The position numbers and the translations under genes are program-made. A DNA stretch of 47,160 nt from positions 1-47,160 of the IMG/VR virus record IMGVR_UViG_3300035703_000146. The stretch is one strand, 5' to 3'. Positions 36,113 to 44,137 of this stretch are shown here, one piece after another. The notes under the pieces are model-generated. The model was given only the letters and a program-made list of their open reading frames with translations, was not told where the DNA came from and searched no databases. Each line of letters starts with the position of its first letter. The first letter of the stretch is position 1. Source of the DNA: a virus (lineage: Duplodnaviria; Caudoviricetes).

Positions 36113-36268
36113 ATGAAGGTTGTCGTTGTCTTTGACTTTCCGTATGTTAAGGATGTTGATTCTGATCATGCAGATCTTGTGATTGAAGAACTTACTTCTG
36201 ATCTTGTTCATCTTCATAACAGAGTTGGTTATGATTGGGCTATTGAGGAGGTGTTTGGTGATGAGTAA
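36113..36268 (+). CDS. 51-aa early protein (not in ORF track)
   Basis: MKVVVVFDFPYVKDVDSDHADLVIEELTSDLVHLHNRVGYDWAIEEVFGDE* after GGAG. Confidence 0.6.
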   Translation: MKVVVVFDFPYVKDVDSDHADLVIEELTSDLVHLHNRVGYDWAIEEVFGDE

Positions 36269-36455
36269 GTTTACCGTACAAAAGGAACACGATTATGACG
36301 GCATCTGGTTTATGGTCTATGTCAACGGACAATCTATCACCGGATTCAGAGACAACATGGATGCCCATGTATATGGAACATGGTATACAAATCCAAATCA
36401 TGCCGACCTTTCTGAACGACAATCTGATCTACATGGTTCAAGTAATAACTCCTGA
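36261..36455 (+). CDS. early hypothetical protein
   Basis: ATG 36261 after GGAGGT. Confidence 0.5.
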   Translation: MSKFTVQKEHDYDGIWFMVYVNGQSITGFRDNMDAHVYGTWYTNPNHADLSERQSDLHGSSNNS

Positions 36456-36552
36456 TGCACCATATTGGTTGACTATCGGAGCGTTTGAAACTCCCGCACT
36501 TGCACTAACTACCCTCTGCCGAATGGTTGGGGCTACTGATACAGATCAGTAA
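36373..36552 (+). CDS. early hypothetical protein
   Basis: Fills the gap to the next gene. Overlaps the upstream ORF; start uncertain. Confidence 0.4.
   Translation: MEHGIQIQIMPTFLNDNLIYMVQVITPDAPYWLTIGAFETPALALTTLCRMVGATDTDQ
36519..36539 (+). promoter_or_regulatory. candidate phage RNAP promoter (early-region copy)
   Basis: CCGAATGGTTGGGGCTACTGA, just upstream of the start codon at 36563. Confidence 0.45.
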
Positions 36553-36562
36553 GGTGAACCCT

Positions 36563-36823
36563 ATGAAGCGAACAAACAAACACTATCTAGAGTTTAACCA
36601 TGAAGACTATGGTTTGATTAAGGTTGAGTATAGTATTGTATGGTGTATTGAAGATGATGAATGGATCTTTGATAACCTATTTATCGAATGTGTTGAGCCT
36701 GATGATTTCATTCCCATTGGTACACTCAAGTCTTACCTAGAGAATCATTGTCTTGAGAATGGCTACAATGCCACAACCCCCTATGAAGGAGAGCCTAATG
36801 AAGAGATTGATTATGCTGATTGA
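36563..36823 (+). CDS. early acidic hypothetical protein
   Basis: ATG 36563 after AAGGTG. Confidence 0.6.
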   Translation: MKRTNKHYLEFNHEDYGLIKVEYSIVWCIEDDEWIFDNLFIECVEPDDFIPIGTLKSYLENHCLENGYNATTPYEGEPNEEIDYAD

Positions 36824-37028
36824 GGTTGAGGATGATAGTCAGCAGCAGTTACTTTATGATGTGCTGCAAGAAATGATTGAGGATCGTAGTCTTATGGGCT
36901 ACTTTACTTTGGTTGATCATGGTAATCCTATTGAGGATCTTCCTGACTTCATGGAGTATGAACGGAATAAGCTGTCGCCTATCATTGCAACCGAAGAGAA
37001 ACTCTTTATCAAGAGAGAATCCAAGTGA
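36798..37028 (+). CDS. early hypothetical protein
   Basis: ATG 36798 after AAGGAG. Confidence 0.6.
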   Translation: MKRLIMLIEVEDDSQQQLLYDVLQEMIEDRSLMGYFTLVDHGNPIEDLPDFMEYERNKLSPIIATEEKLFIKRESK

Positions 37029-37240
37029 AGCCTAGTACATTTATTATTACTGATGATGTTGCCTTCATTAGTGAGGTACATGATAAGTTCTTTCTTTGGA
37101 TTGAAGATTCAGAGAAGCGGGACAAGGCTATTGAAATGTTGAATGAGTTTGACCAGCGTACCTTTAATCGGTATTGGCTTACCGATGAAGAGGAACTTAT
37201 GATTGATTCCCTTGAACATCTTGTTGAGGCTTATTGCTAA
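37025..37240 (+). CDS. early acidic hypothetical protein
   Basis: GTGA overlap with the upstream gene. Confidence 0.6.
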   Translation: MKPSTFIITDDVAFISEVHDKFFLWIEDSEKRDKAIEMLNEFDQRTFNRYWLTDEEELMIDSLEHLVEAYC

Positions 37241-37614
37241 TGTCTACCGATACTACTGCTATCCTTGTTGACCTGTTGTATGAGAAGATCGAACAGCGTA
37301 TGAAGTTTGCCAACTATGCTACTAAGCAGGACATGGCTGACCTTATTACCAATCTTATTACTGATCAGATTGCTACCAAGGTTGAGTCTACTGTTGGAGA
37401 TACCATTACTAAGATGGTGCTTGATGCTATTAACACAGATGATTTCCGTAAGGAGATTAATACTATGGTTAAGGATGCATGTGAGCAGGTTGTCCGTGAC
37501 TATGTTGACTCTGATACCTTCAACTATATCGTTAAGGATAATGTCAACGACAATGTTCGTGAGCTGATTGAGAATGCTGTGTCCGATTGTAATGTTGAAG
37601 TGAGGGTAGTCTAA
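37240..37614 (+). CDS. early helical-repeat protein
   Basis: TAATG coupling at both ends; GAGG RBS. Confidence 0.65.
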   Translation: MSTDTTAILVDLLYEKIEQRMKFANYATKQDMADLITNLITDQIATKVESTVGDTITKMVLDAINTDDFRKEINTMVKDACEQVVRDYVDSDTFNYIVKDNVNDNVRELIENAVSDCNVEVRVV

Positions 37615-37844
37615 TGGATGATACCGCAGTCTTTACTTACTGGAAGGACTGGCTTAATGGATTTGAGATTGATGCGAGTAGGATTCCACAGTCCGACTTC
37701 ATTGAATGGGTTGAGGATATGGAAGAGATTATTGGAGATGCACTCATCGACTGTATTCCCGATGAATGGGAACAGTATGAGTACGAACAGACTCCCGTTG
37801 AGGAATGGGAAGATCTGCCAAATGAAAACGACGAAGACGATTAA
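37614..37844 (+). CDS. highly acidic protein (DNA-mimic candidate)
   Basis: 76 aa dominated by D/E, with several W/Y/F and only one K and one R. Confidence 0.6.
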   Translation: MDDTAVFTYWKDWLNGFEIDASRIPQSDFIEWVEDMEEIIGDALIDCIPDEWEQYEYEQTPVEEWEDLPNENDEDD

Positions 37845-37854
37845 GGAGATTTAA

Positions 37855-38055
37855 ATGTCTGACACTACCTTTGCTTTTATTCTGTTTGCTATCCTTGGTG
37901 CTGCCGTGTGGTTCATGGTGTGGATGATTACTAAGGAGATTGATACTATGAAGGATCGGATTACTGGTCTTGCTAACTATTGTACGCTTCTTGAGAAGCA
38001 GATTAAGATGCAGCGAGAGAAGACTATCCCTTCCACGAAGAGTAAGAAGAAGTAA
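37855..38055 (+). CDS. small membrane protein
   Basis: RBS AAGGAG. N-terminal TM helix and basic tail. Confidence 0.7.
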   Translation: MSDTTFAFILFAILGAAVWFMVWMITKEIDTMKDRITGLANYCTLLEKQIKMQREKTIPSTKSKKK

Positions 38056-38061
38056 TCTACT

Positions 38062-38137
38062 GGAAGGGTGGCTGAAAAGTAGATAGAGCGCATGCCTTAT
38101 AAGCGTGAATATGTGGGTGCAACTCCCGCCCCTTCCA
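38062..38137 (+). tRNA. tRNA-Ile (anticodon UAU)
   Basis: Acceptor GGAAGGG/CCCTTCC+A. Anticodon arm CATGC-CT-TAT-AA-GCGTG. T arm GTGGG-TGCAACT-CCCGC with an atypical loop. Confidence 0.8.
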
Positions 38138-38142
38138 TGTTT

Positions 38143-38216
38143 GTCCCTGTAGCTCAATTGGATAGAGCAATGACCTTCTAAGTCATAGGCTATAGGTTCG
38201 ATCCCTATCAGGGATG
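38143..38216 (+). tRNA. tRNA-Arg (anticodon UCU)
   Basis: Acceptor GTCCCTG/CAGGGAT+G. D arm GCTC..GAGC. ATGAC-CT-TCT-AA-GTCAT. T loop TTCGATC. Confidence 0.92.
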
Positions 38217-38343
38217 TTCCATGTAGACCAACAAATCCCTCATGCGTTATGATATACAGCGAACCTTTAACTCGCCAAGGTATTATAAAATAAAGGACAT
38301 GATTAAACTAGGAGTATAAGTTCTGATGGGTCTTATACTTTAC

Positions 38344-38416
38344 GGCATCGTAGTCCAATGGCAGAGACAATCGACTTAAAATCGACAAAGTGTGGGTTCG
38401 ACTCCCACCGATGCTA
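38344..38416 (+). tRNA. tRNA-Leu (anticodon UAA), short variable loop
   Basis: Acceptor GGCATCG/CGATGCT+A. TCGA-CT-TAA-AA-TCGA. T arm GTGGG-TTCGACT-CCCAC. Confidence 0.88.
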
Positions 38417-38418
38417 TT

Positions 38419-38491
38419 GGGCTGGTAGCTCAACAGGTAGAGCAGTTGACTTTTAATCAATTGGTTGAGAGTTCAAGTCTCTCCCGGCCCA
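38419..38491 (+). tRNA. tRNA-Lys (anticodon UUU)
   Basis: Acceptor GGGCTGG/CCGGCCC+A. GTTGA-CT-TTT-AA-TCAAT. T arm GAGAG-TTCAAGT-CTCTC. Confidence 0.93.
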
Positions 38492-38510
38492 CTCTTTAGA
38501 AAGGATTGTA

Positions 38511-38885
38511 ATGGGTCTTGATACTTATGCGTATGTAGATAAGGAACGGATGGCTGATACTTTGTTTCCCGAGTGTTGCATTCATCTCTGCGGTGGTATA
38601 TTTAGTGGAGGTGGCTCGTCATTCCGTGGCAAGGTATACAATAGTTTCATTGAGTCAATCTCAGGTGTGACTCTGTATACCGAGAAGATGTCTAACGATG
38701 ATCTCAACATGATTGTTGACTCACTCAAGAACATCATTGATGTATATAACAACGATAGTCACAAGGATTACGATGAGAACAATTACTTCTACGAGTACTG
38801 TGTTACTGTTGCTGAGGTAAAGGCTTTGTACGCATGGTTTAATACTGTCAAGGAACATAACGGTTTTGTTGTGGGTTGGTGGTAA
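38511..38885 (+). CDS. hypothetical phage protein (MGLD-start)
   Basis: RBS AAAGGA. MGLDxY N-terminus and aromatic C-terminus. Confidence 0.7.
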   Translation: MGLDTYAYVDKERMADTLFPECCIHLCGGIFSGGGSSFRGKVYNSFIESISGVTLYTEKMSNDDLNMIVDSLKNIIDVYNNDSHKDYDENNYFYEYCVTVAEVKALYAWFNTVKEHNGFVVGWW

Positions 38886-38899
38886 ACAAAAGGAACTAC

Positions 38900-39187
38900 A
38901 TGATTATCTCTACGAGAACGCAGACTGTTGGTGATGTGAATGACTACTGCATTATGCAGGGTATCCTGAGTAAGAACATTACTACGGGTGAGATTGAGGT
39001 TGCCTTGTCTATGATTAAGATGGATGGTGAGATGGGCTTCACTTGCATTAAGCAGCAGAAGCTTACCAAGCATGACATCAATAATCTTAGCATGGTTCTT
39101 TACTATTTACAGAGTGACTATGAGCGAGCAGAAAAAGAAAACCGAAAAGAATGTGGACAAGGACAAGCCCAAGAAACCACGGCTTGA
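38900..39187 (+). CDS. hypothetical protein
   Basis: ATG 38900 after AAAGGA. Confidence 0.6.
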   Translation: MIISTRTQTVGDVNDYCIMQGILSKNITTGEIEVALSMIKMDGEMGFTCIKQQKLTKHDINNLSMVLYYLQSDYERAEKENRKECGQGQAQETTA

Positions 39188-39257
39188 TCCCTATAAGCGG
39201 AGTAAGGTACGCGACAATGATCGTCATGGTCGCTACGATGAAGATGATATCAATTAA
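39120..39257 (+). CDS. small basic peptide
   Basis: MSEQKKK...PYKRSK; overlaps the upstream ORF. Confidence 0.4.
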   Translation: MSEQKKKTEKNVDKDKPKKPRLDPYKRSKVRDNDRHGRYDEDDIN

Positions 39258-39266
39258 AGGAAACTA

Positions 39267-40247
39267 ATGGCTCACAATATTACGGATACTGATGGCGCAG
39301 TCTTTCATAAGGAGGCTGCATGGCACGGGCTTGGCGTTGTGATTAATGAGGAGATGTCTCCGACCGATGCTATGAATATCGCTGGTCTTAATTGGGATGT
39401 CTTTAAGGTTGGCCCTGTTAGTGCTGGTGATGCTGAGTCTGATGAGTACAATGCTATCATTCGTGGTGATACCAATACTATCCTGTCGCTCCAGTCTCCT
39501 GACTATAAGATCATTCAGAATAGCGAAGTGTTTGATATGGCCTACCATCTTGGTGATAAGATTCAGGTTGAGTCTGCGCTGTCTATGAATGGTGGTCGCC
39601 GTCTGGTTGTCCTTTGCCGTACTGGTACTATGCATGGGGCTGGTGGACGAGATCCGATTGAGAAGTATATGGCTCTCATCAATAGCCATGATGGTACGCT
39701 TGCCATGTCTGCTCTTCCTACTAGTGTGCGTATCGTGTGTCAGAATACTCTGAGCATGGCTATGGCTGCTGGTATGAAGAAGTCTTTCCGCATCGTGCAT
39801 ACTGGTGATATGAAGAAGAAGCAGGATGCTATGGCCGATGCCCTTAAGTTCTACGCTAAGACTGGTCAGCTGTTTGAGGAAAAGGTTAACACCCTTGTCC
39901 GCAAGGAGCTTACTAAGTCTGACATTCAGAAGTTCTGGATGGATGTGTGGGGTATGATTGAGGAGCCTATCGTTACAAATCCTCAGTCTGAGTCTGAGTA
40001 TGCCAACTACCTGAAGGCTACTACTACGATTGCTAAGTGGGCTGAGGTGTTTGATACTGAGCGGCAGCAGCTTAGTACGAGTGCTAATCTGTGGCTTGCT
40101 GCTAACGCTGTTACCAATGAAGTGCAGCATCGTATTCCTGCCCGTGGTAAGAAGCCTACCTTTGAGTCATCCGCTTATAGCAATCTCATGGGTAAGAATC
40201 AGGATACTACGATTGATGTTATGAAGTACGCTCTAACCCTTGCTTAA
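39267..40247 (+). CDS. DUF932 / TIGR03299-family phage-plasmid protein
   Basis: MAH...AWHGLG...AGLNW.V...Y..IQN...NSHDG...VRIVCQNTL motifs. Confidence 0.88.
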   Translation: MAHNITDTDGAVFHKEAAWHGLGVVINEEMSPTDAMNIAGLNWDVFKVGPVSAGDAESDEYNAIIRGDTNTILSLQSPDYKIIQNSEVFDMAYHLGDKIQVESALSMNGGRRLVVLCRTGTMHGAGGRDPIEKYMALINSHDGTLAMSALPTSVRIVCQNTLSMAMAAGMKKSFRIVHTGDMKKKQDAMADALKFYAKTGQLFEEKVNTLVRKELTKSDIQKFWMDVWGMIEEPIVTNPQSESEYANYLKATTTIAKWAEVFDTERQQLSTSANLWLAANAVTNEVQHRIPARGKKPTFESSAYSNLMGKNQDTTIDVMKYALTLA

Positions 40248-40257
40248 GGAGAACACT

Positions 40258-40476
40258 ATGGCTAATAAGAAGAAGACCAAGACTGTCAATTATCAGAAGC
40301 TTTACTACGAGTTACTTAAGAGTACTGAGTCTTGTCTTGGAGAAGTTTGGGATATTAAGTATCGTGTATTAGGTGGTGAGATTACTCAGTCTGATCTTCA
40401 GGAAGAGTTAACAGCCGTGTATTATAAGTTAGCTACCAAGATGGACACTCTTGAAACCCTTGAGGATGGTGGCTAA
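40258..40476 (+). CDS. hypothetical protein
   Basis: ATG 40258 after AAGGAG. Confidence 0.65.
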   Translation: MANKKKTKTVNYQKLYYELLKSTESCLGEVWDIKYRVLGGEITQSDLQEELTAVYYKLATKMDTLETLEDGG

Positions 40477-40952
40477 TGAATATCTTTGTGCTTGATAATT
40501 GTCCAGAGTTTGCAGCCAAGTACCAATGCGATAAGCATGTGGTTAAGATGGTTCTTGAAACGGCTCAGCTTCTATGCTCTGCCCATGAGACTGCTCCTTA
40601 TAAGCGTACTCACTATAACCATCCTTGCGCTATCTGGACTAGATCAAGCATGGGTAATTACGATTGGCTTGTGCGGCATGGGCTGGCACTTGCACGGGAG
40701 TACACCTTCAGGTATAATAAGATTCACAAGAGTACTGAAGTCATCGAATGGGCAATGTTAAACAAGCCTAACATCTTAGACCTTGGCTTGCTTCCCTTTG
40801 CTCAGGCTATGCCTGATCAGTACAAGAATCCTGATGATGCCGTGTCTGCCTACCGTAATTACTATATGAAGGAGAAGGCTCGTATTGCTACATGGACTAA
40901 GACCGAAACCCCGTACTGGTATATAGTGGAGGTGCTTAACAATGTACATTGA
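40476..40952 (+). CDS. pyrimidine-dimer DNA glycosylase-like (T4 endonuclease V-related family)
   Basis: MNIFVLD...DKHVVKMVLETAQLL...YK.TH.NHPC.IW...EY..RY.K.H...AYR.YY. Confidence 0.8.
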   Translation: MNIFVLDNCPEFAAKYQCDKHVVKMVLETAQLLCSAHETAPYKRTHYNHPCAIWTRSSMGNYDWLVRHGLALAREYTFRYNKIHKSTEVIEWAMLNKPNILDLGLLPFAQAMPDQYKNPDDAVSAYRNYYMKEKARIATWTKTETPYWYIVEVLNNVH

Positions 40953-41298
40953 CAGAGATCATCCTGAGCCAATCAGCTATGAGTGTGATTGTTTTACTTA
41001 TCACGATCCTATTGATACTCTCTGTTCCCATTGCCGTAAGATCAGACTTGATTGGGAGCATGGACAGAAGGCGCTGGATGAATTGGCTAGATTAGATGAG
41101 GAACTTGATCTTATGCATGATCAATTCAGATATCAAGAGTATCTTCGGTTTGATATCTGGACTAAGGAATTGCATGATGATCTGTATTACGCATCGGTGT
41201 TGCATTACATAAAGAAGAAACTTGAACCTTACAGGAGGAAGCCTAATGCCAAGAATGTGGGAACGACTGACTCCGCAGGAACAGGAACAGAGGACTAA
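40942..41298 (+). CDS. hypothetical protein with CxC..CxxC
   Basis: RBS GGAGGT; possible Zn site. Confidence 0.55.
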   Translation: MYIDRDHPEPISYECDCFTYHDPIDTLCSHCRKIRLDWEHGQKALDELARLDEELDLMHDQFRYQEYLRFDIWTKELHDDLYYASVLHYIKKKLEPYRRKPNAKNVGTTDSAGTGTED

Positions 41299-43717
41299 GT
41301 TACAGCTGATCGGTGAGGAAGATATGCTTGCGCTGTCTGAGCGTAAGTATTGGGAAACTTATGATGCTAATCCAGATGAGGGTTTGCCTGAGCAAACTCT
41401 TATGGATGCATGCGTAATCCACCTGACTCCTTACTATCAGCAATGGATTGATACCGTATCTCAAAATAGAAAGACTCCTGATTGGGCCTTCCCTTTGTTT
41501 GCTGTTGGTGCAGCAAAGATGGCAGACATTACTGTTCGTGCTTTGATTCTTGAGTGGTTCAATGCCTCGCTTTGGGACAGGAAGTATGAGAATGATTTGT
41601 TTCCCCTGCCTACAGCGCAGCACATTGCCCATGTTATTTCTGAGATGGTGATTGAGATCGTTGCATATCAGCAGGCTAAGAAACAATTCAAGCAGGATTG
41701 GTTGAAGCAGTCGCACTACCAAAAGAAGTGGACACCTAAGCGTTGCCGCGCCTTTGCATATAAGGTAGGTACTCTCAATAAGAAACAGTTTACTAGAAAG
41801 CAGCGAGAAGATTTCGGACATCACATGTTACGCATTGCTGAGATGTCTGAGATCATCGTGCTTAAGAACATTAGAAAGCATACTGGCAAGCGTTGGTCTG
41901 AGCGTGTGGTTGTTTCCTTTACTGATGACATTCTTAAGGAACTACATAAGCGACACCGTGATGTGATTGCCAAGGCTGCATTACTCTATCGGCCTATGCT
42001 TGTGCCTCCTGTGCCACACACCATCGACAATAGTGGTGGTAATCTACTGCCCTATGTTCGTAAGCCTGTGGTTCAGAAGTTCAAAGACTTGATGTGGGAT
42101 GAGAAGATTGTGCAGCGTGGTAGTACGCCATCTCAAATGGTGATTGATGGTCTTAATGCATTGATGCATACTGAGTGGGCCATCAATACCAAGGTACTTG
42201 AAGTGATGGAGAATCTATTCAAGAACAACACAAGAGATGCCAACCTACCAGCTTATGAGTTCTCAGCGTTTGACTTTGCCGATCCTTATCCAACTGATGG
42301 AACAAAGGAAGAGCAGGCCAAGTGGTGTCAGAAGAAAGAGGAAGCATACTCTTCATGGTACAAGGAAGAAAGATCCCGTGGTCGTATGCTTGTCAGGCTT
42401 CAGCTTGCCAAGCAACTGGCTGAGTATGGTTTCTTCTATCAGATTTATACCTGTGACTTTCGTGGTCGTGCTAATGCTGCTTGTGATCTGTTGTCTCCAC
42501 AATCAGGAGACTTTGATCGTGGTCTGATTATGTTTGCTGAGTCACGAAAGCAGACACCAACTGGTATGTATTGGTTGAAAGTACATGTTGCTAACCTGTT
42601 TGATCAAGACAAAGTTCCCTTTGATCAGCGTGTCAAATGGGTAGAAGACAACATGGATATGTTCAAGCGTATCAATGACGATCCATATGAACACCGCAAG
42701 TTATGGGTATCAGACAAGAAGAAAAAGAATCCTAGTTTCCAACGGCTTGCTGCCATCTTTGATCTATGCAGAACCGATGGGCTTACTCAGATTGCTGTGC
42801 AAATGGATGGTTCATGTAATGGTGTGCAGCATTGGGCTGCTCTCATGCGTGACGAAGTGCTAGCCAAGAAGGTTAATCTTATTGGTGTTACCAAGCCAGA
42901 AGATCTGTATCAGTATACTGCTGATATGATGAGCGAGGCTATGGCTTCTGTGAAAGATGAAGATTCAAACAAAGGGCGGTGGGCTACCCGGTTCATTGAA
43001 CATTGGGGAGACAAGATTGATCGGTCTGTTTGTAAACGGGCTGTGATGACTGATCCCTATGGCGTAACCTTCTATGGTATTCGCAGATACTGTAAGACGG
43101 AAGGCCACCTTGATTGGGTAGGTAAGGAAGAGATCGCTGGAGCTGTGGCTGAGCTTGCTACCTTTATCTTTGATGCCCTGAAGGGTACATTGGTTGAGGC
43201 TAACAAGGGTAAGGCATGGCTTAAGCATGTTGCTGATATGGCTAGTGAGATGGGTAAAAATGTTGAGTGGACTACGCCTTGTGGATTCAAGGTTGTTCAC
43301 CAGTACTATGAGATTATGACTCGTCGTTCGGTAGCCAAGCTGTTCGATATGAAAGAGTTACACTTTGGCTCACCCGATAAGGAATCTATTGATGGAACTT
43401 CAGTTAATCTGGCTATCTCTCCAAACTACATACACTCGTTGGATGCGAGTCATATGTGGTCTACCGTCAGACGAATGATTGATTCAGGTATTACACAATT
43501 CAGTATGATCCATGATTCGTATGGCTGTCCTGCTCCCGATGTTAATCTAATGAGAGCATATACCAACGAAGAGTTTCATAAGATGCATCAATTAAATTTG
43601 CTTGATGTTATGCGAGATGAAGTCTCAGCAAAGCTAGGTATTGATGTACCTGAGACACCACCTACTGGATCGTACAATATAAATCGTGTACTAGATGCGG
43701 AGTACTTCTTCCAATGA
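41246..43717 (+). CDS. single-subunit T7-like DNA-directed RNA polymerase
   Basis: ATG 41246 after AGGAGG. DFRGR, motif A DGSCNGVQH, motif B R..CKRAVMT.PYG, PNYIHSLDASH, motif C IHDS. Confidence 0.97.
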   Translation: MPRMWERLTPQEQEQRTKLQLIGEEDMLALSERKYWETYDANPDEGLPEQTLMDACVIHLTPYYQQWIDTVSQNRKTPDWAFPLFAVGAAKMADITVRALILEWFNASLWDRKYENDLFPLPTAQHIAHVISEMVIEIVAYQQAKKQFKQDWLKQSHYQKKWTPKRCRAFAYKVGTLNKKQFTRKQREDFGHHMLRIAEMSEIIVLKNIRKHTGKRWSERVVVSFTDDILKELHKRHRDVIAKAALLYRPMLVPPVPHTIDNSGGNLLPYVRKPVVQKFKDLMWDEKIVQRGSTPSQMVIDGLNALMHTEWAINTKVLEVMENLFKNNTRDANLPAYEFSAFDFADPYPTDGTKEEQAKWCQKKEEAYSSWYKEERSRGRMLVRLQLAKQLAEYGFFYQIYTCDFRGRANAACDLLSPQSGDFDRGLIMFAESRKQTPTGMYWLKVHVANLFDQDKVPFDQRVKWVEDNMDMFKRINDDPYEHRKLWVSDKKKKNPSFQRLAAIFDLCRTDGLTQIAVQMDGSCNGVQHWAALMRDEVLAKKVNLIGVTKPEDLYQYTADMMSEAMASVKDEDSNKGRWATRFIEHWGDKIDRSVCKRAVMTDPYGVTFYGIRRYCKTEGHLDWVGKEEIAGAVAELATFIFDALKGTLVEANKGKAWLKHVADMASEMGKNVEWTTPCGFKVVHQYYEIMTRRSVAKLFDMKELHFGSPDKESIDGTSVNLAISPNYIHSLDASHMWSTVRRMIDSGITQFSMIHDSYGCPAPDVNLMRAYTNEEFHKMHQLNLLDVMRDEVSAKLGIDVPETPPTGSYNINRVLDAEYFFQ

Positions 43718-43977
43718 AAGGCAAGATCTACCGTGTCAATAGCGAAGGTGCTTTGGAGGAAGCTGTTAAAATGTTCATTGAGTTAGCCGCATCTAAAAAG
43801 AAAAGGAAGAACATTTACTTTTGGTTTCCTAATGAACAATTCAGCGACATGTTCTTACGAGCTGCTTATACAGACTTCTCGTTTAAGAACATTCCTCCTC
43901 AGCCTAACATGAACATTAACATTTACATTGAAGGAAGCAAAGAAGATGACGATCTGGAAACCGAACAAGATGCTTAA
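43714..43977 (+). CDS. hypothetical protein
   Basis: ATGA overlap with the RNAP gene. Confidence 0.6.
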   Translation: MKGKIYRVNSEGALEEAVKMFIELAASKKKRKNIYFWFPNEQFSDMFLRAAYTDFSFKNIPPQPNMNINIYIEGSKEDDDLETEQDA

Positions 43978-44137
43978 CGGTAAGAGCTGGCGTTGGGGTG
44001 ATCTGTATGATTCATGGAATCAGACACAGAAAGATCACTTTGATGGTATCGTTGATGTCTATGCACCACAGCCAAATGGCATGCCATCCATAGCACAGCA
44101 ATGGAAAGAAGATTATAAACGGAGACATTGTAAATGA
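43946..44137 (+). CDS. hypothetical protein
   Basis: Probable ATG 43946; overlaps both neighbours. Confidence 0.5.
   Translation: MTIWKPNKMLNGKSWRWGDLYDSWNQTQKDHFDGIVDVYAPQPNGMPSIAQQWKEDYKRRHCK

Noticed and set aside
38259-38275. Ochre-suppressor (UUA anticodon) tRNA in the array spacer
   Set aside because: A CTTTAAC loop is present but there is no acceptor stem, D arm or T arm, and TAA is the main stop codon here.
39264-40130. 288-aa minus-strand ORF
   Set aside because: Antisense shadow of the DUF932 gene, with no motif or RBS.
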